Origin: an uncultured Gammaproteobacteria bacterium
Lineage (GTDB): Bacteria; Patescibacteriota; Patescibacteriia; Patescibacteriales; Patescibacteriaceae
NCBI GenBank assembly: GCA_964628045.1
Contig: CAZVMF010000001.1
Span: 47,049-111,048, forward strand
Reading direction: 5' to 3'
Length of the DNA stretch: 64,000 nt
Shown: positions 9,303-18,987 of the stretch, one piece after another
How the letters are laid out: each line of letters begins with the position of its first letter
Numbering within the stretch: position 1 is the stretch's first letter
Program-made: the position numbers and the translations under genes
Notes under the pieces: generated by a model
Database searches by the model: none
Seen by the model: only the letters and a program-made list of their open reading frames with translations
What the model was told of the DNA's origin: nothing

Positions 9303-9812
9303 ATGCCACACATTCACGAAAAAATTGATTTTGTTGCCGACATTTTTATTGTCTATAATAATAAAGTGTTTTTGCGAAAGCATGATAAATATAAGATATG
9401 GTTGAGTGTCGGGGGACATGTTGAACTTGATGAAGATCCTAATCAGGCGGCAATTCGCGAGGCCAAAGAAGAGTCGGGTCTTGATGTCGTATTATATAAG
9501 GGTGGCTTGATGTGGGAGAACAACAAAGGATCAGATTCCGACTTTTCAATGATTGTTAAGAATGATCCGAATCAAGATAAAGACTTGATTCCGCCTTTAT
9601 TTATGCATCGTCATAAAATTTCTGATACACACGAACATATTTCTTTGGTTTATTTCGCGACTGCCACGAGTGATAAAATTGAAATAAGCGATGATGCCGG
9701 TGATCGCAGCGATGAATACGGTTGGTTTTCAAAAGAAGATTTGGATAAACTTGATTTGCATGATCGGATTAGATTTTATGCCGAAACGGCTTTAGAAACT
9801 TTGGCTTCATAA
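9303..9812 (+). CDS. NUDIX hydrolase
   Basis: Start at MPHIHEKIDF (ATG 9303). Intact Nudix box GGHVELDEDPNQAAIREAKEESGL. Confidence 0.85.
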   Translation: MPHIHEKIDFVADIFIVYNNKVFLRKHDKYKIWLSVGGHVELDEDPNQAAIREAKEESGLDVVLYKGGLMWENNKGSDSDFSMIVKNDPNQDKDLIPPLFMHRHKISDTHEHISLVYFATATSDKIEISDDAGDRSDEYGWFSKEDLDKLDLHDRIRFYAETALETLAS

Positions 9813-9857
9813 TCTTTTTATTCAAGAATTTGAAAAACGTGGTATACTATAGGATAT

Positions 9858-10790
9858 ATGCGCTGTCCTAATTGCCAACGCCTCATTTTAAATAATACCG
9901 CCCGCTGTCCGTATTGCGGCCAGGCGGTGTCTTCTAATCAAAATTTACAAACTAACCAAGCAAAAGATATGTTTGCAGCAAACCCTATGCCAGCTCCGGC
10001 CGGGATTCCTCCGGTAGAACATCACGAAGCAATGGCTCAAGAAGTAAAAAAGCGCCATTGGCAGCGTTGGATTTTTTATGGCTTGATTATCGTAATTATT
10101 TTAGGTGCTGTTGGTTTGATTGTAAAAATTTATAATGATAATACGGCATTGTTATTGGCTGTTACCAATACAAAAGATCAGTTGGCTAAAGCAAGTGCTG
10201 ATATCAAGGCCAAGGATGAGCAGATTACGCAAATTGATGAGAACTTGAAAAAAGCTCAGGATGAATTAAATCAAAAGACCGAACAGTATAAGAAAGATAT
10301 TGAATCTTCATCAACGGCTGTAAAAGATGTCGAGCAATGCAAGCTTGAGTTGACCTCAGCTGATGCCAACATCTATAACTTGATTTTGACGCTTGGAACC
10401 GGAATCAGTAATGCCGATATTTCAAAAATTGCTATTGCCGACGCCAACTTATCGTCGGGCCCTGACGGCGATAAAGATGGTTTGTCAGATGATGTTGAAG
10501 CGGTTATCGGCACTGATCCGGCTAAGGACGATACTGATGGCGATAGCTTCAAAGATAAAGATGAGTTATTAAGCGGCTTTGACCCATTGGCTAAAGGCGC
10601 ACGCTTACCGATTGATCAAAAGTATGCCGATCAGCAAAAAGGACGAATCGTAATTCAAATCGAAGGCAATAAAGATGCCTGGTATGTTTCGCCATCTGAC
10701 GGCAAGCGCTATTTCCTCGGTCATCCGGCTGATGGATATAAAGCAATGCGTTCGATTGAGTTCTGGACCAAAGACTTCAAAAAATCCTAA
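9858..10790 (+). CDS. Hypothetical zinc-ribbon / TM / coiled-coil protein with thrombospondin-type-3-like repeats
   Basis: 310 aa. CPNC...CPYCG ribbon, one TM helix, a coiled coil, DGDKDGLSDD / DDTDGDSFKDKDE repeats, and a C-terminal AWYVSPSDGKRYFLG motif. Confidence 0.55.
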   Translation: MRCPNCQRLILNNTARCPYCGQAVSSNQNLQTNQAKDMFAANPMPAPAGIPPVEHHEAMAQEVKKRHWQRWIFYGLIIVIILGAVGLIVKIYNDNTALLLAVTNTKDQLAKASADIKAKDEQITQIDENLKKAQDELNQKTEQYKKDIESSSTAVKDVEQCKLELTSADANIYNLILTLGTGISNADISKIAIADANLSSGPDGDKDGLSDDVEAVIGTDPAKDDTDGDSFKDKDELLSGFDPLAKGARLPIDQKYADQQKGRIVIQIEGNKDAWYVSPSDGKRYFLGHPADGYKAMRSIEFWTKDFKKS

Positions 10791-10799
10791 ACACCGAGT

Positions 10800-11411
10800 A
10801 TGAATAAAAAGTTTTATATCTACCTGTTTCGTCACGGTAGAACCTTTGATAATATTCAAAGTATTTTTTCCGGATGGCGTGATTCAAAATTAACAAATTC
10901 CGGCGTCGATGACGCGCGGATTGTCGGCATACGTTTAAAGGATAAAAAAATTAATGTAGCTTTCCATACATCATTATCACGCAGTAAACACACGCTTCGT
11001 GAAGCGATTAGGGGACATAAGGAATGCAAAAAGATTATCGAAGATGATCGAATGATCGAGCGAAGCTATGGAAATTTAGCAGGCAAGTCGCATCTTTTTA
11101 TCGTTAAGAAATATGGCCCGCAGCAGTATGATCATTGGCACAGAGGTTTTAACGAACGGCTGCCAAAAGGTGAAAGTTTTGCCGATGTTGAAAAACGCGT
11201 CAAATCCTTCGTCAACAGTTTGGGTGCGTATATTCAGAAAAATGAAGTTAATGTAGCCATTTCGGCTCATGGCAATTCTATTCGTTTATTCAGAAAAATA
11301 GTTGAAAAACACTCGGAAAAAGAGGCGGTTAGCTGGGAAATTCCGTATGACAAGGTCTTTATGTATAAAGTAGAGTGCCAGGGCAAGAAAATAAGCATTA
11401 CCAGAGTCTAA
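10800..11411 (+). CDS. Histidine phosphatase (phosphoglycerate mutase-like) family protein
   Basis: 203 aa. An RHG motif (YLFRHGRTFDN) and a second His (ISAHGNSIR). Confidence 0.8.
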   Translation: MNKKFYIYLFRHGRTFDNIQSIFSGWRDSKLTNSGVDDARIVGIRLKDKKINVAFHTSLSRSKHTLREAIRGHKECKKIIEDDRMIERSYGNLAGKSHLFIVKKYGPQQYDHWHRGFNERLPKGESFADVEKRVKSFVNSLGAYIQKNEVNVAISAHGNSIRLFRKIVEKHSEKEAVSWEIPYDKVFMYKVECQGKKISITRV

Positions 11412-11414
11412 ATC

Positions 11415-11443
11415 TTGACAGTTTTTCAATTTTGCTTCATAAT
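11415..11443 (+). promoter_or_regulatory. Sigma70-type promoter of rpmB
   Basis: TTGACA (11415-11420), 17 nt, CATAAT (11438-11443). Confidence 0.55.
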
Positions 11444-11489
11444 GCCTATATTATCTGCCGAACAGCAGGTTTTATTATTCTAGAATTAT

Positions 11490-11726
11490 ATGTCCACATC
11501 CTGCCAATTAACGGGTAAACGAACTCAGAGCGGCTTTAATAAGAGCCATTCCAATCGCCGTACCAAACGAACTTTTAAACCGAATCTTCAAGTAAAGCGG
11601 GTTAAGAACCCAAAGACCGGCCGGATGATTAAGTTAACACTTTCAACCACCGCGATTAAGACTTTGAAGAAATGGGATGAAGCCGGAAAAGTATACGATT
11701 TAGAAAAGTTAGTTGCCAAACGTTAA
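11490..11726 (+). CDS. rpmB: 50S ribosomal protein L28
   Basis: 78 aa. CQLTGKRTQSGFNKSHSNRRTKRTFKPNLQ is the L28 signature. Confidence 0.9.
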   Translation: MSTSCQLTGKRTQSGFNKSHSNRRTKRTFKPNLQVKRVKNPKTGRMIKLTLSTTAIKTLKKWDEAGKVYDLEKLVAKR

Positions 11727-11733
11727 ATAAAAA

Positions 11734-11759
11734 ACACCGCCTTACGGGCGGTGTTTTTG
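11734..11759. terminator. Bidirectional rho-independent terminator
   Basis: ACACCGCC-ttacg-GGCGGTGT followed by TTTTT and preceded by an A-run. It lies between the convergent rpmB and pilin operon. Confidence 0.8.
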
Positions 11760-11770
11760 TATGAAAGTTC

Positions 11771-12973
11771 TTAGTAGGTATTGGCGCCAATTGCGGTCAT
11801 GTAGGTATTAAGGTCGCTTGAAAAATTTACCATTTCAGCAGTGGTCAGTCCGGCGCCTAAGGCAACAGCGGCAATTTGGCGCGTGCTGTAATATGAGGTT
11901 CCTGTATTGCGATGAGAAGCGCCGACATAAAATGAAAGATTAGGCAGCGCTTTTGAAGCGACTGATGCGTTTCCGTACAGTGTGCCATTGCGATAGAGTG
12001 TTTCGCTTGTGCTGCTGGTTCGAGACGCAACCCATAAGCCGCTTGAATTAGTATTGGCAATTGCCCAGTCGCTGCCCCCTCCGTTTAAAGTTGCATATAA
12101 GCCAACTCCCGGGAAGTCAGAAAAAAATTCGTTTCCCGTTCCTGAATTATTAAAAGCGCCAAGGTCTGCCATAATGCCCTCGGAGTTAGTTCTTACATAC
12201 ACGGCATATGATGCGGAGTTTCGTTGAAAGTTAACGGTTTGAAGACTTGGATCAAAACCCAGATCAAGATAACTCGAAGAACCATTGCTCGTAAACCCGC
12301 GATCAGCCACCCAGCTCATCGAATTCATATTAGTTGCCGTAAAAGAAGAAGATTTCCAGTTTAATAAAGCGTCCGCTGCATTCGTTCCGATTGCAAAAAC
12401 ATAGAAGGCGTCAAGCTTGCCCCACCAGCCATGAGTTTTTGCTGAATTAATGAGCGTATTCATATTATTCTTATTGGTTGATGAAAGTGTTCCGGTGAAA
12501 CGTGCAAAAAGCAATTGTGCTTCAGCGCTATAGCCTCCGGTTGGCGCGCCGCAACTTGAAGCATTGCATATATTATCTCCGGCAACTAAACCGTTTGATG
12601 CGGCACCTAAGCAAAAAACCAAATTGTAGTCCATAAGATTTGCCTGTGGCGCGTACGCGTAGTCAGAATCAGTACAGGTGCCGTCGGTTCTAGGTGATGG
12701 ATTTGTAGGAAGGGGATCAATATAGACAATGCCGTTATTGGCAAAGGTTTGCCCGGGCGTAACATTGGTCGGATACGTTTTTGTTCGATTGTAATAAAGT
12801 TCCAATACCGTACGAATTTCTTGAATGTTGTGGACGCGCTGAGCGTCGCGTGCCTTTATTCGGGCCGCCGTAAATGAAACAATGATGATTGTCGTTATAA
12901 TGCCTATAATAACTACGACAGTAATAAGTTCGACAAAGGAAAAGCCGCCCGGATGTTTTGTATGTATAGACAT
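11771..12973 (-). CDS. Type IV pilin-like protein with large beta-rich C-terminal domain
   Basis: Start at MSIHTKHPGGFSFVELITVVVIIG (ATG 12973), a prepilin G|F...E5 motif. The conserved ~130-aa pilin core ends in FCLG. The ~270-aa S/T/N/G-rich C-terminal domain is of unclear family, possibly concanavalin/LamG-like. Confidence 0.75.
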   Translation of the reverse strand: MSIHTKHPGGFSFVELITVVVIIGIITTIIIVSFTAARIKARDAQRVHNIQEIRTVLELYYNRTKTYPTNVTPGQTFANNGIVYIDPLPTNPSPRTDGTCTDSDYAYAPQANLMDYNLVFCLGAASNGLVAGDNICNASSCGAPTGGYSAEAQLLFARFTGTLSSTNKNNMNTLINSAKTHGWWGKLDAFYVFAIGTNAADALLNWKSSSFTATNMNSMSWVADRGFTSNGSSSYLDLGFDPSLQTVNFQRNSASYAVYVRTNSEGIMADLGAFNNSGTGNEFFSDFPGVGLYATLNGGGSDWAIANTNSSGLWVASRTSSTSETLYRNGTLYGNASVASKALPNLSFYVGASHRNTGTSYYSTRQIAAVALGAGLTTAEMVNFSSDLNTYMTAIGANTY

Positions 12974-12974
12974 A

Positions 12975-13406
12975 TTATTGGACGATTCCTTCGGGAATTG
13001 CCTTGTTAATACCGGCGGGAATTGCATCTTGTTTATAACCAAGACAGAAAGAAAGCGTATATGAAATTCCACCGTTTATTTGCGAATAATCATAGTCTTT
13101 GTTCGGGCAACCGTTATCAGTTTGTGGACTGGGATTATTTGGAACTTTCTCTAAGTATATTACTGAGCCAACCGCAAATTGTTGACCCGGCGTAATCATC
13201 GTCGGATACTGACTATATTTTGAGTAGTACAGATTTAGCGCATTGCGAATTTCATTGACATCACTAACTCTTTTAAGGTCACGACCGCTAATTTTAACAC
13301 TTTGGATATTGATAATAACCAATGTTGCGAGCACGGCAATAATGGCTACAACAACCATTATTTCAACAAAAGTAAAGGCTTTTTGTGTATTGAGTATTTG
13401 TCGCAT
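12975..13406 (-). CDS. Type IV pilin-like protein (core only)
   Basis: 143 aa. KAFTFVEIMVVVAIIAVLA N-terminus. Same core as the other three pilins (RD.KR...LYY..YP..TPGQ...NP.P..D..C...Y.L.FCLG). Confidence 0.8.
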   Translation of the reverse strand: MRQILNTQKAFTFVEIMVVVAIIAVLATLVIINIQSVKISGRDLKRVSDVNEIRNALNLYYSKYSQYPTMITPGQQFAVGSVIYLEKVPNNPSPQTDNGCPNKDYDYSQINGGISYTLSFCLGYKQDAIPAGINKAIPEGIVQ

Positions 13407-13549
13407 AGAGCTAATTTTTCCCTAATATTATAGCATCTTTTCGCTCGAGGCACTAAAACCCTTTATTTTATTGTGGTTTTTTCTATTTTTATGTATACTT
13501 AAAGCATATAAGAGGCTTTTGCCTTTTAGAATTAATAACAAACGTTACT

Positions 13550-13822
13550 ATGACAAAGTCTCAATTCATGGAAGCTTTGGCTTCCAAGACAGATATGTCC
13601 AAGAAGGACATTGCCAACGTCATTGCCGAATTGGCTAATATGGCTTATTCGGAAGTAAAGAAGAACGGTGAATTCGTTTTGCCAGGTTTTGGCAAAATGG
13701 TAAAGGTAAAGCGCGCTGCTCGCATGGGCCGCAATCCAGCGACTGGCGAACAGATTCAGATTGCCGCTAAAACGGTTGTAAAATTCCGTTTGGCAAAGGC
13801 TGCTAAGGACGCAGTACTCTAA
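13550..13822 (+). CDS. hup: HU family DNA-binding protein
   Basis: 90 aa. ...GFGKMVKVKRAARMGRNPATGEQIQIAAKTVVKFR is the HU/IHF arm signature. Confidence 0.9.
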   Translation: MTKSQFMEALASKTDMSKKDIANVIAELANMAYSEVKKNGEFVLPGFGKMVKVKRAARMGRNPATGEQIQIAAKTVVKFRLAKAAKDAVL

Positions 13823-13844
13823 TAGAATCCTTGATTCTTCAAAA

Positions 13845-13872
13845 ACAAGCTGCCTTTTGGCAGCTTGTTTTT
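13845..13872 (+). terminator. Rho-independent terminator of hup
   Basis: ACAAGCTGCC-tttt-GGCAGCTTGT followed by TTTTT. Confidence 0.85.
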
Positions 13873-13915
13873 ATACACTTTGCTTGTAAACTAAGAGCGA
13901 GTATACTGTCTTTGT

Positions 13916-15079
13916 ATGATATCACCACTCGTAACTATTATTGGCAACGGCTTTGGCGGCGTCTATACTGCGCGTGCTTTGCTTAAACAAGGAGTCGCGG
14001 TTCGACTTATAGGAACCGAAGAATATTTTACTTTTATGCCGTTATTGCACGAAGTCGCAACCGGAACATTGTGCGATTCTGATGTGCGTTTTCCTATACG
14101 ATCATTTTTAACAAATAATAACAACCTGGAAATTATCAGTTCTCAGGCCGCGGTGCTTGATTTTGATCAGAAGAAAATTATTCTAAAAAATGGTTCGGTG
14201 CTCGATTATCAATTTTTAGTAATTGCGACCGGCGCCCGACCACGTTTTGATATTGTTGAAGGTGCTGAACATGCCCTATGTCTAAAAACAATGAATGATG
14301 CGCGTGCAATTCGCGAGGCAATAATTCGCTGTTCGAAAAGCGGAAAAGATCATATTGAAATAAATGTTATCGGCGGGGGATTTACCGGTTTAGAGTTGGC
14401 TTGCGAGTTGGATCAGTTGCTTGATAAAAAAATAAAATTACCGTCAAAACTCCGGATGTTTGAGCGGGGCGGACTGCCCTTTGCCGATACTGATCAAAAT
14501 TTATCAGCGTATATAGCAAAGCGATTGCAGCGTTCGGGAATAGATTTTCATAGCGGTTCGGTAATCAATCAAATAACAAAAAATTCGGTTGTGGCCAACG
14601 GCCAAGAGTTTCATTCAGACATAACTTTGTTAACAGCCGGTGTTCAGCCTAACACTGAATCTGTGAACAAACGCTATCTCGACGAAAGAAGTAATTTATT
14701 GGTAGGTTCAGAACTGAACATCCCCGAACATCCTGAGGTTTTTGGAGTCGGCGATATCATCTCGATTATCAATGAAAAAAAGCCGCCAATGCTGGCGCAG
14801 CTAGCTGTTCGGCAGGCCAACTTGGTTGCTCGCAATATTTGCCATACGATTCGTAAAGAACCGCTTGAAGGTTATTCAATTAAACTTATGGGAATTCTGG
14901 TTTCTTTGGGCACTTGGGATGCGGCCGGCAGAATTTTTGGAGTTCTTATTTCCGGAAGAATTGCCTGGTATATTTGGCGTACGGTGTATTTACTCAAAAC
15001 GCCGGGCATAAGCAATCAATTACGCATTGCATTACGTTGGACTGAATACCTCTTTAAAAAACGAACGTATATACCGTAA
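13916..15079 (+). CDS. NDH-2-like FAD-dependent pyridine nucleotide-disulfide oxidoreductase
   Basis: 387 aa. Two dinucleotide-binding motifs (IIGNGFGG, VIGGGFTG), a GVGD motif, and a C-terminal amphipathic/TM tail. Confidence 0.7.
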   Translation: MISPLVTIIGNGFGGVYTARALLKQGVAVRLIGTEEYFTFMPLLHEVATGTLCDSDVRFPIRSFLTNNNNLEIISSQAAVLDFDQKKIILKNGSVLDYQFLVIATGARPRFDIVEGAEHALCLKTMNDARAIREAIIRCSKSGKDHIEINVIGGGFTGLELACELDQLLDKKIKLPSKLRMFERGGLPFADTDQNLSAYIAKRLQRSGIDFHSGSVINQITKNSVVANGQEFHSDITLLTAGVQPNTESVNKRYLDERSNLLVGSELNIPEHPEVFGVGDIISIINEKKPPMLAQLAVRQANLVARNICHTIRKEPLEGYSIKLMGILVSLGTWDAAGRIFGVLISGRIAWYIWRTVYLLKTPGISNQLRIALRWTEYLFKKRTYIP

Positions 15080-15109
15080 GACTTCTTTTTTGATATACTT
15101 ATAGATGCT

Positions 15110-16177
15110 ATGAAGCATCTATTTTCAAATCAAAAAGGATTTACGCTCGTCGAGCTGCTGGTTGTGATTGCTATTATCGCCGTTTTAGTGACTTTTGCAA
15201 CAGTAGCTTTAAATAACTCTCGTTCTAAAGCCCGAGATGCCAAGCGAGTTGCGTACATTGATCAAATTGCCACCGGCCTAGAGCTTTATTTTCTTAAAAA
15301 TGGATCATATCCTTCTGTGATAACCGCGGGACAACCGTTAAGCAAAAATGGTATCAAATATCTTGATCCTGTACCAAATAATCCCACTCCCCGTGCTGAC
15401 GGTGTTTGCCCTGATCAGGAATTTTCTTATAACGTTTACCCCGGCAATACGAGTTATACAATAAATTTTTGTTTGGGCGCGGCCACGGGAAAATATACTT
15501 CAGGTATAAATATCTGTGATGGTCAATCGTGCAAACCGTGCGGAAGCTATTCCGTTAGCTATGGCACGGATATCTATAATACGTTGGTTATCGGTAGACA
15601 ATGTTGGTTAAGCAAACCATTAAATTATGGCACCTTATTAGCTACCGGCGCGACAGCGACTGCAAATAACGGAGTTGTTGAAAAATATTGTCCTAAAGCT
15701 CATGGCCAACTAGGAAGCGCTTCATTGCTTGAAAGCGATTGCACGACATATGGAGCCATTTATCCTTGGAATGAAGCAATGAGTTATCAAGCGAGTGAAT
15801 GTAATAGTGGTAAATGTCAGGGAATTTGTCCGACAGGATGGCACATACCTACGGACACAGAGTTGTTTACTCTTGAACAATATTTAACCGATAGCGGTCA
15901 AACCTGCGTCGCTACACGTGCCAACGGAACCTATGACTGCAGCACGGCCGGTACAAAATTAAAATATAATGGAAGCTCGGGATTTAATATGCCGCTGTCC
16001 GGCTATCGTTTAGCTAGCGGTGATTGGTATTATCGGGGAACTTTCGGAGTTATGTGGAGTTCAACGGCATATAACGTTGATTATAGTTGGACGCGTCTTC
16101 TCGGAGGAGTGGCGACGGTGGCGCGACAATACTTTGATAAAACCGGCGGTGTTTCAGTGCGTTGTATACGAAATTGA
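15110..16177 (+). CDS. Type IV pilin-like protein fused to a Fibrobacter-succinogenes-major-paralogous (FISUMP) domain
   Basis: QKGFTLVELLVVIAIIAVL N-terminus and a conserved pilin core. The C-terminal part carries QCWLSKPLNYG, YPWNEAM, CPTGWHIPTDTE, GFNMPLSGYR, VMWSST and VRCIRN, the TIGR02145-type motifs as I recall them. Confidence 0.8.
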   Translation: MKHLFSNQKGFTLVELLVVIAIIAVLVTFATVALNNSRSKARDAKRVAYIDQIATGLELYFLKNGSYPSVITAGQPLSKNGIKYLDPVPNNPTPRADGVCPDQEFSYNVYPGNTSYTINFCLGAATGKYTSGINICDGQSCKPCGSYSVSYGTDIYNTLVIGRQCWLSKPLNYGTLLATGATATANNGVVEKYCPKAHGQLGSASLLESDCTTYGAIYPWNEAMSYQASECNSGKCQGICPTGWHIPTDTELFTLEQYLTDSGQTCVATRANGTYDCSTAGTKLKYNGSSGFNMPLSGYRLASGDWYYRGTFGVMWSSTAYNVDYSWTRLLGGVATVARQYFDKTGGVSVRCIRN

Positions 16178-16178
16178 T

Positions 16179-17252
16179 ATGATTAGATCAAATAAACATT
16201 TTGGGTTTACTCTTATTGAAATGCTTGTTGTTATTGCAGTTATCGGCATACTGATTAGCATTAGCGTTGTTGCTTTTAGTGCGGCTCGCATGCGTTCGCG
16301 TGATGCGCGCCGAGTTGCGTATGTTAAACAAATTAATGAGGCGTTAGAATTGTATTATTTGCATAACGGCATTTATCCGACACTTATAACAGCGGGGCAA
16401 GTTTTAAGCACTGGTTCTACGGCATATTTAAATCCCGTCCCGAGCAATCCGACGCCCTGGACAGATGGTGTTTGCTCAAACCAAAATTTTACATATACCG
16501 TAAAGCCAGGTAACAAAGATTATGATTTAAAATTTTGTTTAGGCTCAGCGACATCAACGTATCCTTCTGGTACAAATATAATTACGCAAGGAGGCTCAGG
16601 CGATCAAAATCGTCCCGATACGCTTTCCGGTCTTTTAGTATGGTTTAAAGGAGATTGGCTTGATTTGAATGACGGTGATACGGTTTCAACTTGGTATGAT
16701 GCGAGCGGAAATAATAATAATGCAACGGCCGCTTCTGCGGGAAACAGACCGACCTATAGAACAAATATTGTAAATGGGAAACCGGTTTTACGGTATGACG
16801 GCACCAGTGATGTGCTCGGTTTAAGTTCAACGCTGACAACGGTTCGGCAAATTTTCGTTGTTATGAAATGGAGTACGCAGGTAATAGATTATGTTCCTTT
16901 GTTGGGAGGGTCCGCAACCTATGATTTTCACGGAACTCCGGGCTCGTCGTATGTTGTATGGAGTTCGTATTCTTCGGCCTGTGTTACCGGCGGTTCGGGT
17001 TGGAATAACGGAACGGCTTTAACCGCAACAACGCTTCCTAAAGATCGATCGAGTTTTCAGTTAATTGAGCTGCAAACTTCTTGTAACACAACGGTGGCAA
17101 ATATTTCAAATGATAGAGGCGCTGCGGCCCGCAGTATACATGGAGATATTGCAGAAGTTATTCTCTATAATAGAACGTTAACGACTGCCGAGCGACAAAA
17201 AGTAGAGCGTTATTTACGGGATAAATACGCTCTAACTGTGGCCGGTATTTAG
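16179..17252 (+). CDS. Type IV pilin-like protein fused to a LamG/concanavalin-A-like lectin domain
   Basis: Start at MIRSNKHFGFTLIEMLVVIAVIG (ATG 16179, 1 nt after the upstream TGA). The C-terminal part LVWFKGD...WYDASGNNNNATA...NRPTY...NGKPVLRYDG...GDIAEVILYNRTLT..ERQKVERYL is typical of LamG_3. Confidence 0.8.
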   Translation: MIRSNKHFGFTLIEMLVVIAVIGILISISVVAFSAARMRSRDARRVAYVKQINEALELYYLHNGIYPTLITAGQVLSTGSTAYLNPVPSNPTPWTDGVCSNQNFTYTVKPGNKDYDLKFCLGSATSTYPSGTNIITQGGSGDQNRPDTLSGLLVWFKGDWLDLNDGDTVSTWYDASGNNNNATAASAGNRPTYRTNIVNGKPVLRYDGTSDVLGLSSTLTTVRQIFVVMKWSTQVIDYVPLLGGSATYDFHGTPGSSYVVWSSYSSACVTGGSGWNNGTALTATTLPKDRSSFQLIELQTSCNTTVANISNDRGAAARSIHGDIAEVILYNRTLTTAERQKVERYLRDKYALTVAGI

Positions 17253-17752
17253 TTGAATATTCGTCCGACAATAACACCAATGGCAACGGCAAAGCCGCCG
17301 ATAACGAGCATGCGCAGAGCGTTGCGCCAAACTTTTGTATGGAGCACCTCGGCTGACACAATTCCGAGAAGAAAGAGAGAAACCAAAGTTAGGATTATGG
17401 ATGCCCAAAACGGTTCGGCGATAGCGGCAATAAGGTAGGGGAATAGAGGAATAAGACCAATAATAAAATATGAGAAGAACATGATACCACCTGAAATAAA
17501 GGTGGTTTTTAAATGAAGTTTTCCTCGTGATTGATATTCTTCTGTGGCTTCTTCTGATAAAAACGAACCGATTGCCATTGAAAAGGCTTCAACAAAAATA
17601 AGTACCACGCCGGTCATTACAACACTGGCTCGATTGGCGCCGCCGACCGCAACTCCGGACAGTAATCCGACGGTTGAAACCAAGCTGTCTTCGGCTCCAA
17701 AAATAAAATTTCGAACATACATTAAGAACGTTTTTTTCGGCAATGTTAGCAT
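17249..17752 (-). CDS. VIT1/CCC1 family transporter
   Basis: 167 aa. FGAEDSLVSTVGLLSGVA and five TM helices. Second VIT paralog in the window. Confidence 0.7.
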   Translation of the reverse strand: MLTLPKKTFLMYVRNFIFGAEDSLVSTVGLLSGVAVGGANRASVVMTGVVLIFVEAFSMAIGSFLSEEATEEYQSRGKLHLKTTFISGGIMFFSYFIIGLIPLFPYLIAAIAEPFWASIILTLVSLFLLGIVSAEVLHTKVWRNALRMLVIGGFAVAIGVIVGRIFN

Positions 17753-17761
17753 ATTGATAAT

Positions 17762-18886
17762 TTATAAAGTATAAATAAGACCGGCAATGCACATACTTGC
17801 AATAAGTACGCTTGCCGGGACGGCGAACCATGAAGGAATGATATATTCAGGTTTGCGATTGCCGCGTGAACGCGCTCGCCAAAAAGTAGCCAGACTTAGC
17901 AAGCCGGTCAGTCCGACACTGAGTGCGCCGGCCGTGCTGACAATGCCGAAGAAGTCTCTAAACCCGATTACAAACAAAGCAAGGGGAACGCCGAGGGTGA
18001 GAATAATCGCTATTGGCTTAGGAATAAAATAATCAAAAGAATAAATATCTTTAATAGCCGTTCCGAGAGTCATAAAGCTTGAAGTCATGGCTGTCAGAGA
18101 AAATAAACTGCCGACAATAAGCGCGCCCGCGCCTATGGTGGAGCTTAGACCGATAGTGGCGATTTCGGTTGTTTGGTTTCCGGTAACGGCTACGATAATT
18201 GCCGTAAATATACCGTAGATAAAAATCGGTACGCTGTTGCCAATAAGAATGGCTGCTTTTAGGAGTTTTTCTCCTTTGGCCGCTGCCAGTACTTGTTTGG
18301 CTTCCGGTACGGAAACAATACCGGAACAGGCAAATAAAATTGCGCCATATGGAATAAAGAATTTGTGCATATCAAAAGCCGGCCATAAACTCGTGTCCAT
18401 ATATGGAGTGGCGATAAGTGCCAGTGTAAACAGTAATCCAAGAATCATTAAGCCGATAACAAATTCAACACGTTTAATGATGCCAAGTCCCTTAATGACT
18501 AAGAGAGATAAGGCGATGTACGATAGTAATGACCAGAGAAGATTTGTTCCTCCGAAAAAATTAGAAAAAATTTCCCCCAAACCAATGGTGTACGCAAGTA
18601 ACGCACTATACATTCCAAAAAGAATTAACAGGGCCTGAAGATGTTTGGCGGTTTTACCAAGATATTTTTCCGTATAACCGGTAAGTTGATGATTTCCGGT
18701 CGTACGGAGTGTTACTTCGCCAAAGAATAAGCTAAGAATTATGATGCAGGCGCCAACCAGGGCTAAAACGAGCAATCCGGTCAGAAAACCGGATTGAACA
18801 AAGGCAAATGGTAAACCTAAAATACCGGCACCGATAACCGTGCCGATAATAACCGAGGATCCTTGAGCGAGGAGCATTTTTTTCAT
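17762..18886 (-). CDS. Amino acid permease (Aa_trans / aromatic amino acid permease-like)
   Basis: 374 aa with ~11 TM helices. N-terminal GSSVIIGTVIGAGILGLPFAF is typical of this family. Confidence 0.7.
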   Translation of the reverse strand: MKKMLLAQGSSVIIGTVIGAGILGLPFAFVQSGFLTGLLVLALVGACIIILSLFFGEVTLRTTGNHQLTGYTEKYLGKTAKHLQALLILFGMYSALLAYTIGLGEIFSNFFGGTNLLWSLLSYIALSLLVIKGLGIIKRVEFVIGLMILGLLFTLALIATPYMDTSLWPAFDMHKFFIPYGAILFACSGIVSVPEAKQVLAAAKGEKLLKAAILIGNSVPIFIYGIFTAIIVAVTGNQTTEIATIGLSSTIGAGALIVGSLFSLTAMTSSFMTLGTAIKDIYSFDYFIPKPIAIILTLGVPLALFVIGFRDFFGIVSTAGALSVGLTGLLSLATFWRARSRGNRKPEYIIPSWFAVPASVLIASMCIAGLIYTL

Positions 18887-18987
18887 ACCGTAATTATAGC
18901 ATTTTTTAAGCCTAGGAGTATGTCTTTTTTAGTGCTATACTAGCCTTACTGGATAGCGTTTGTTATCCGCTATAATTAATTAAACAT

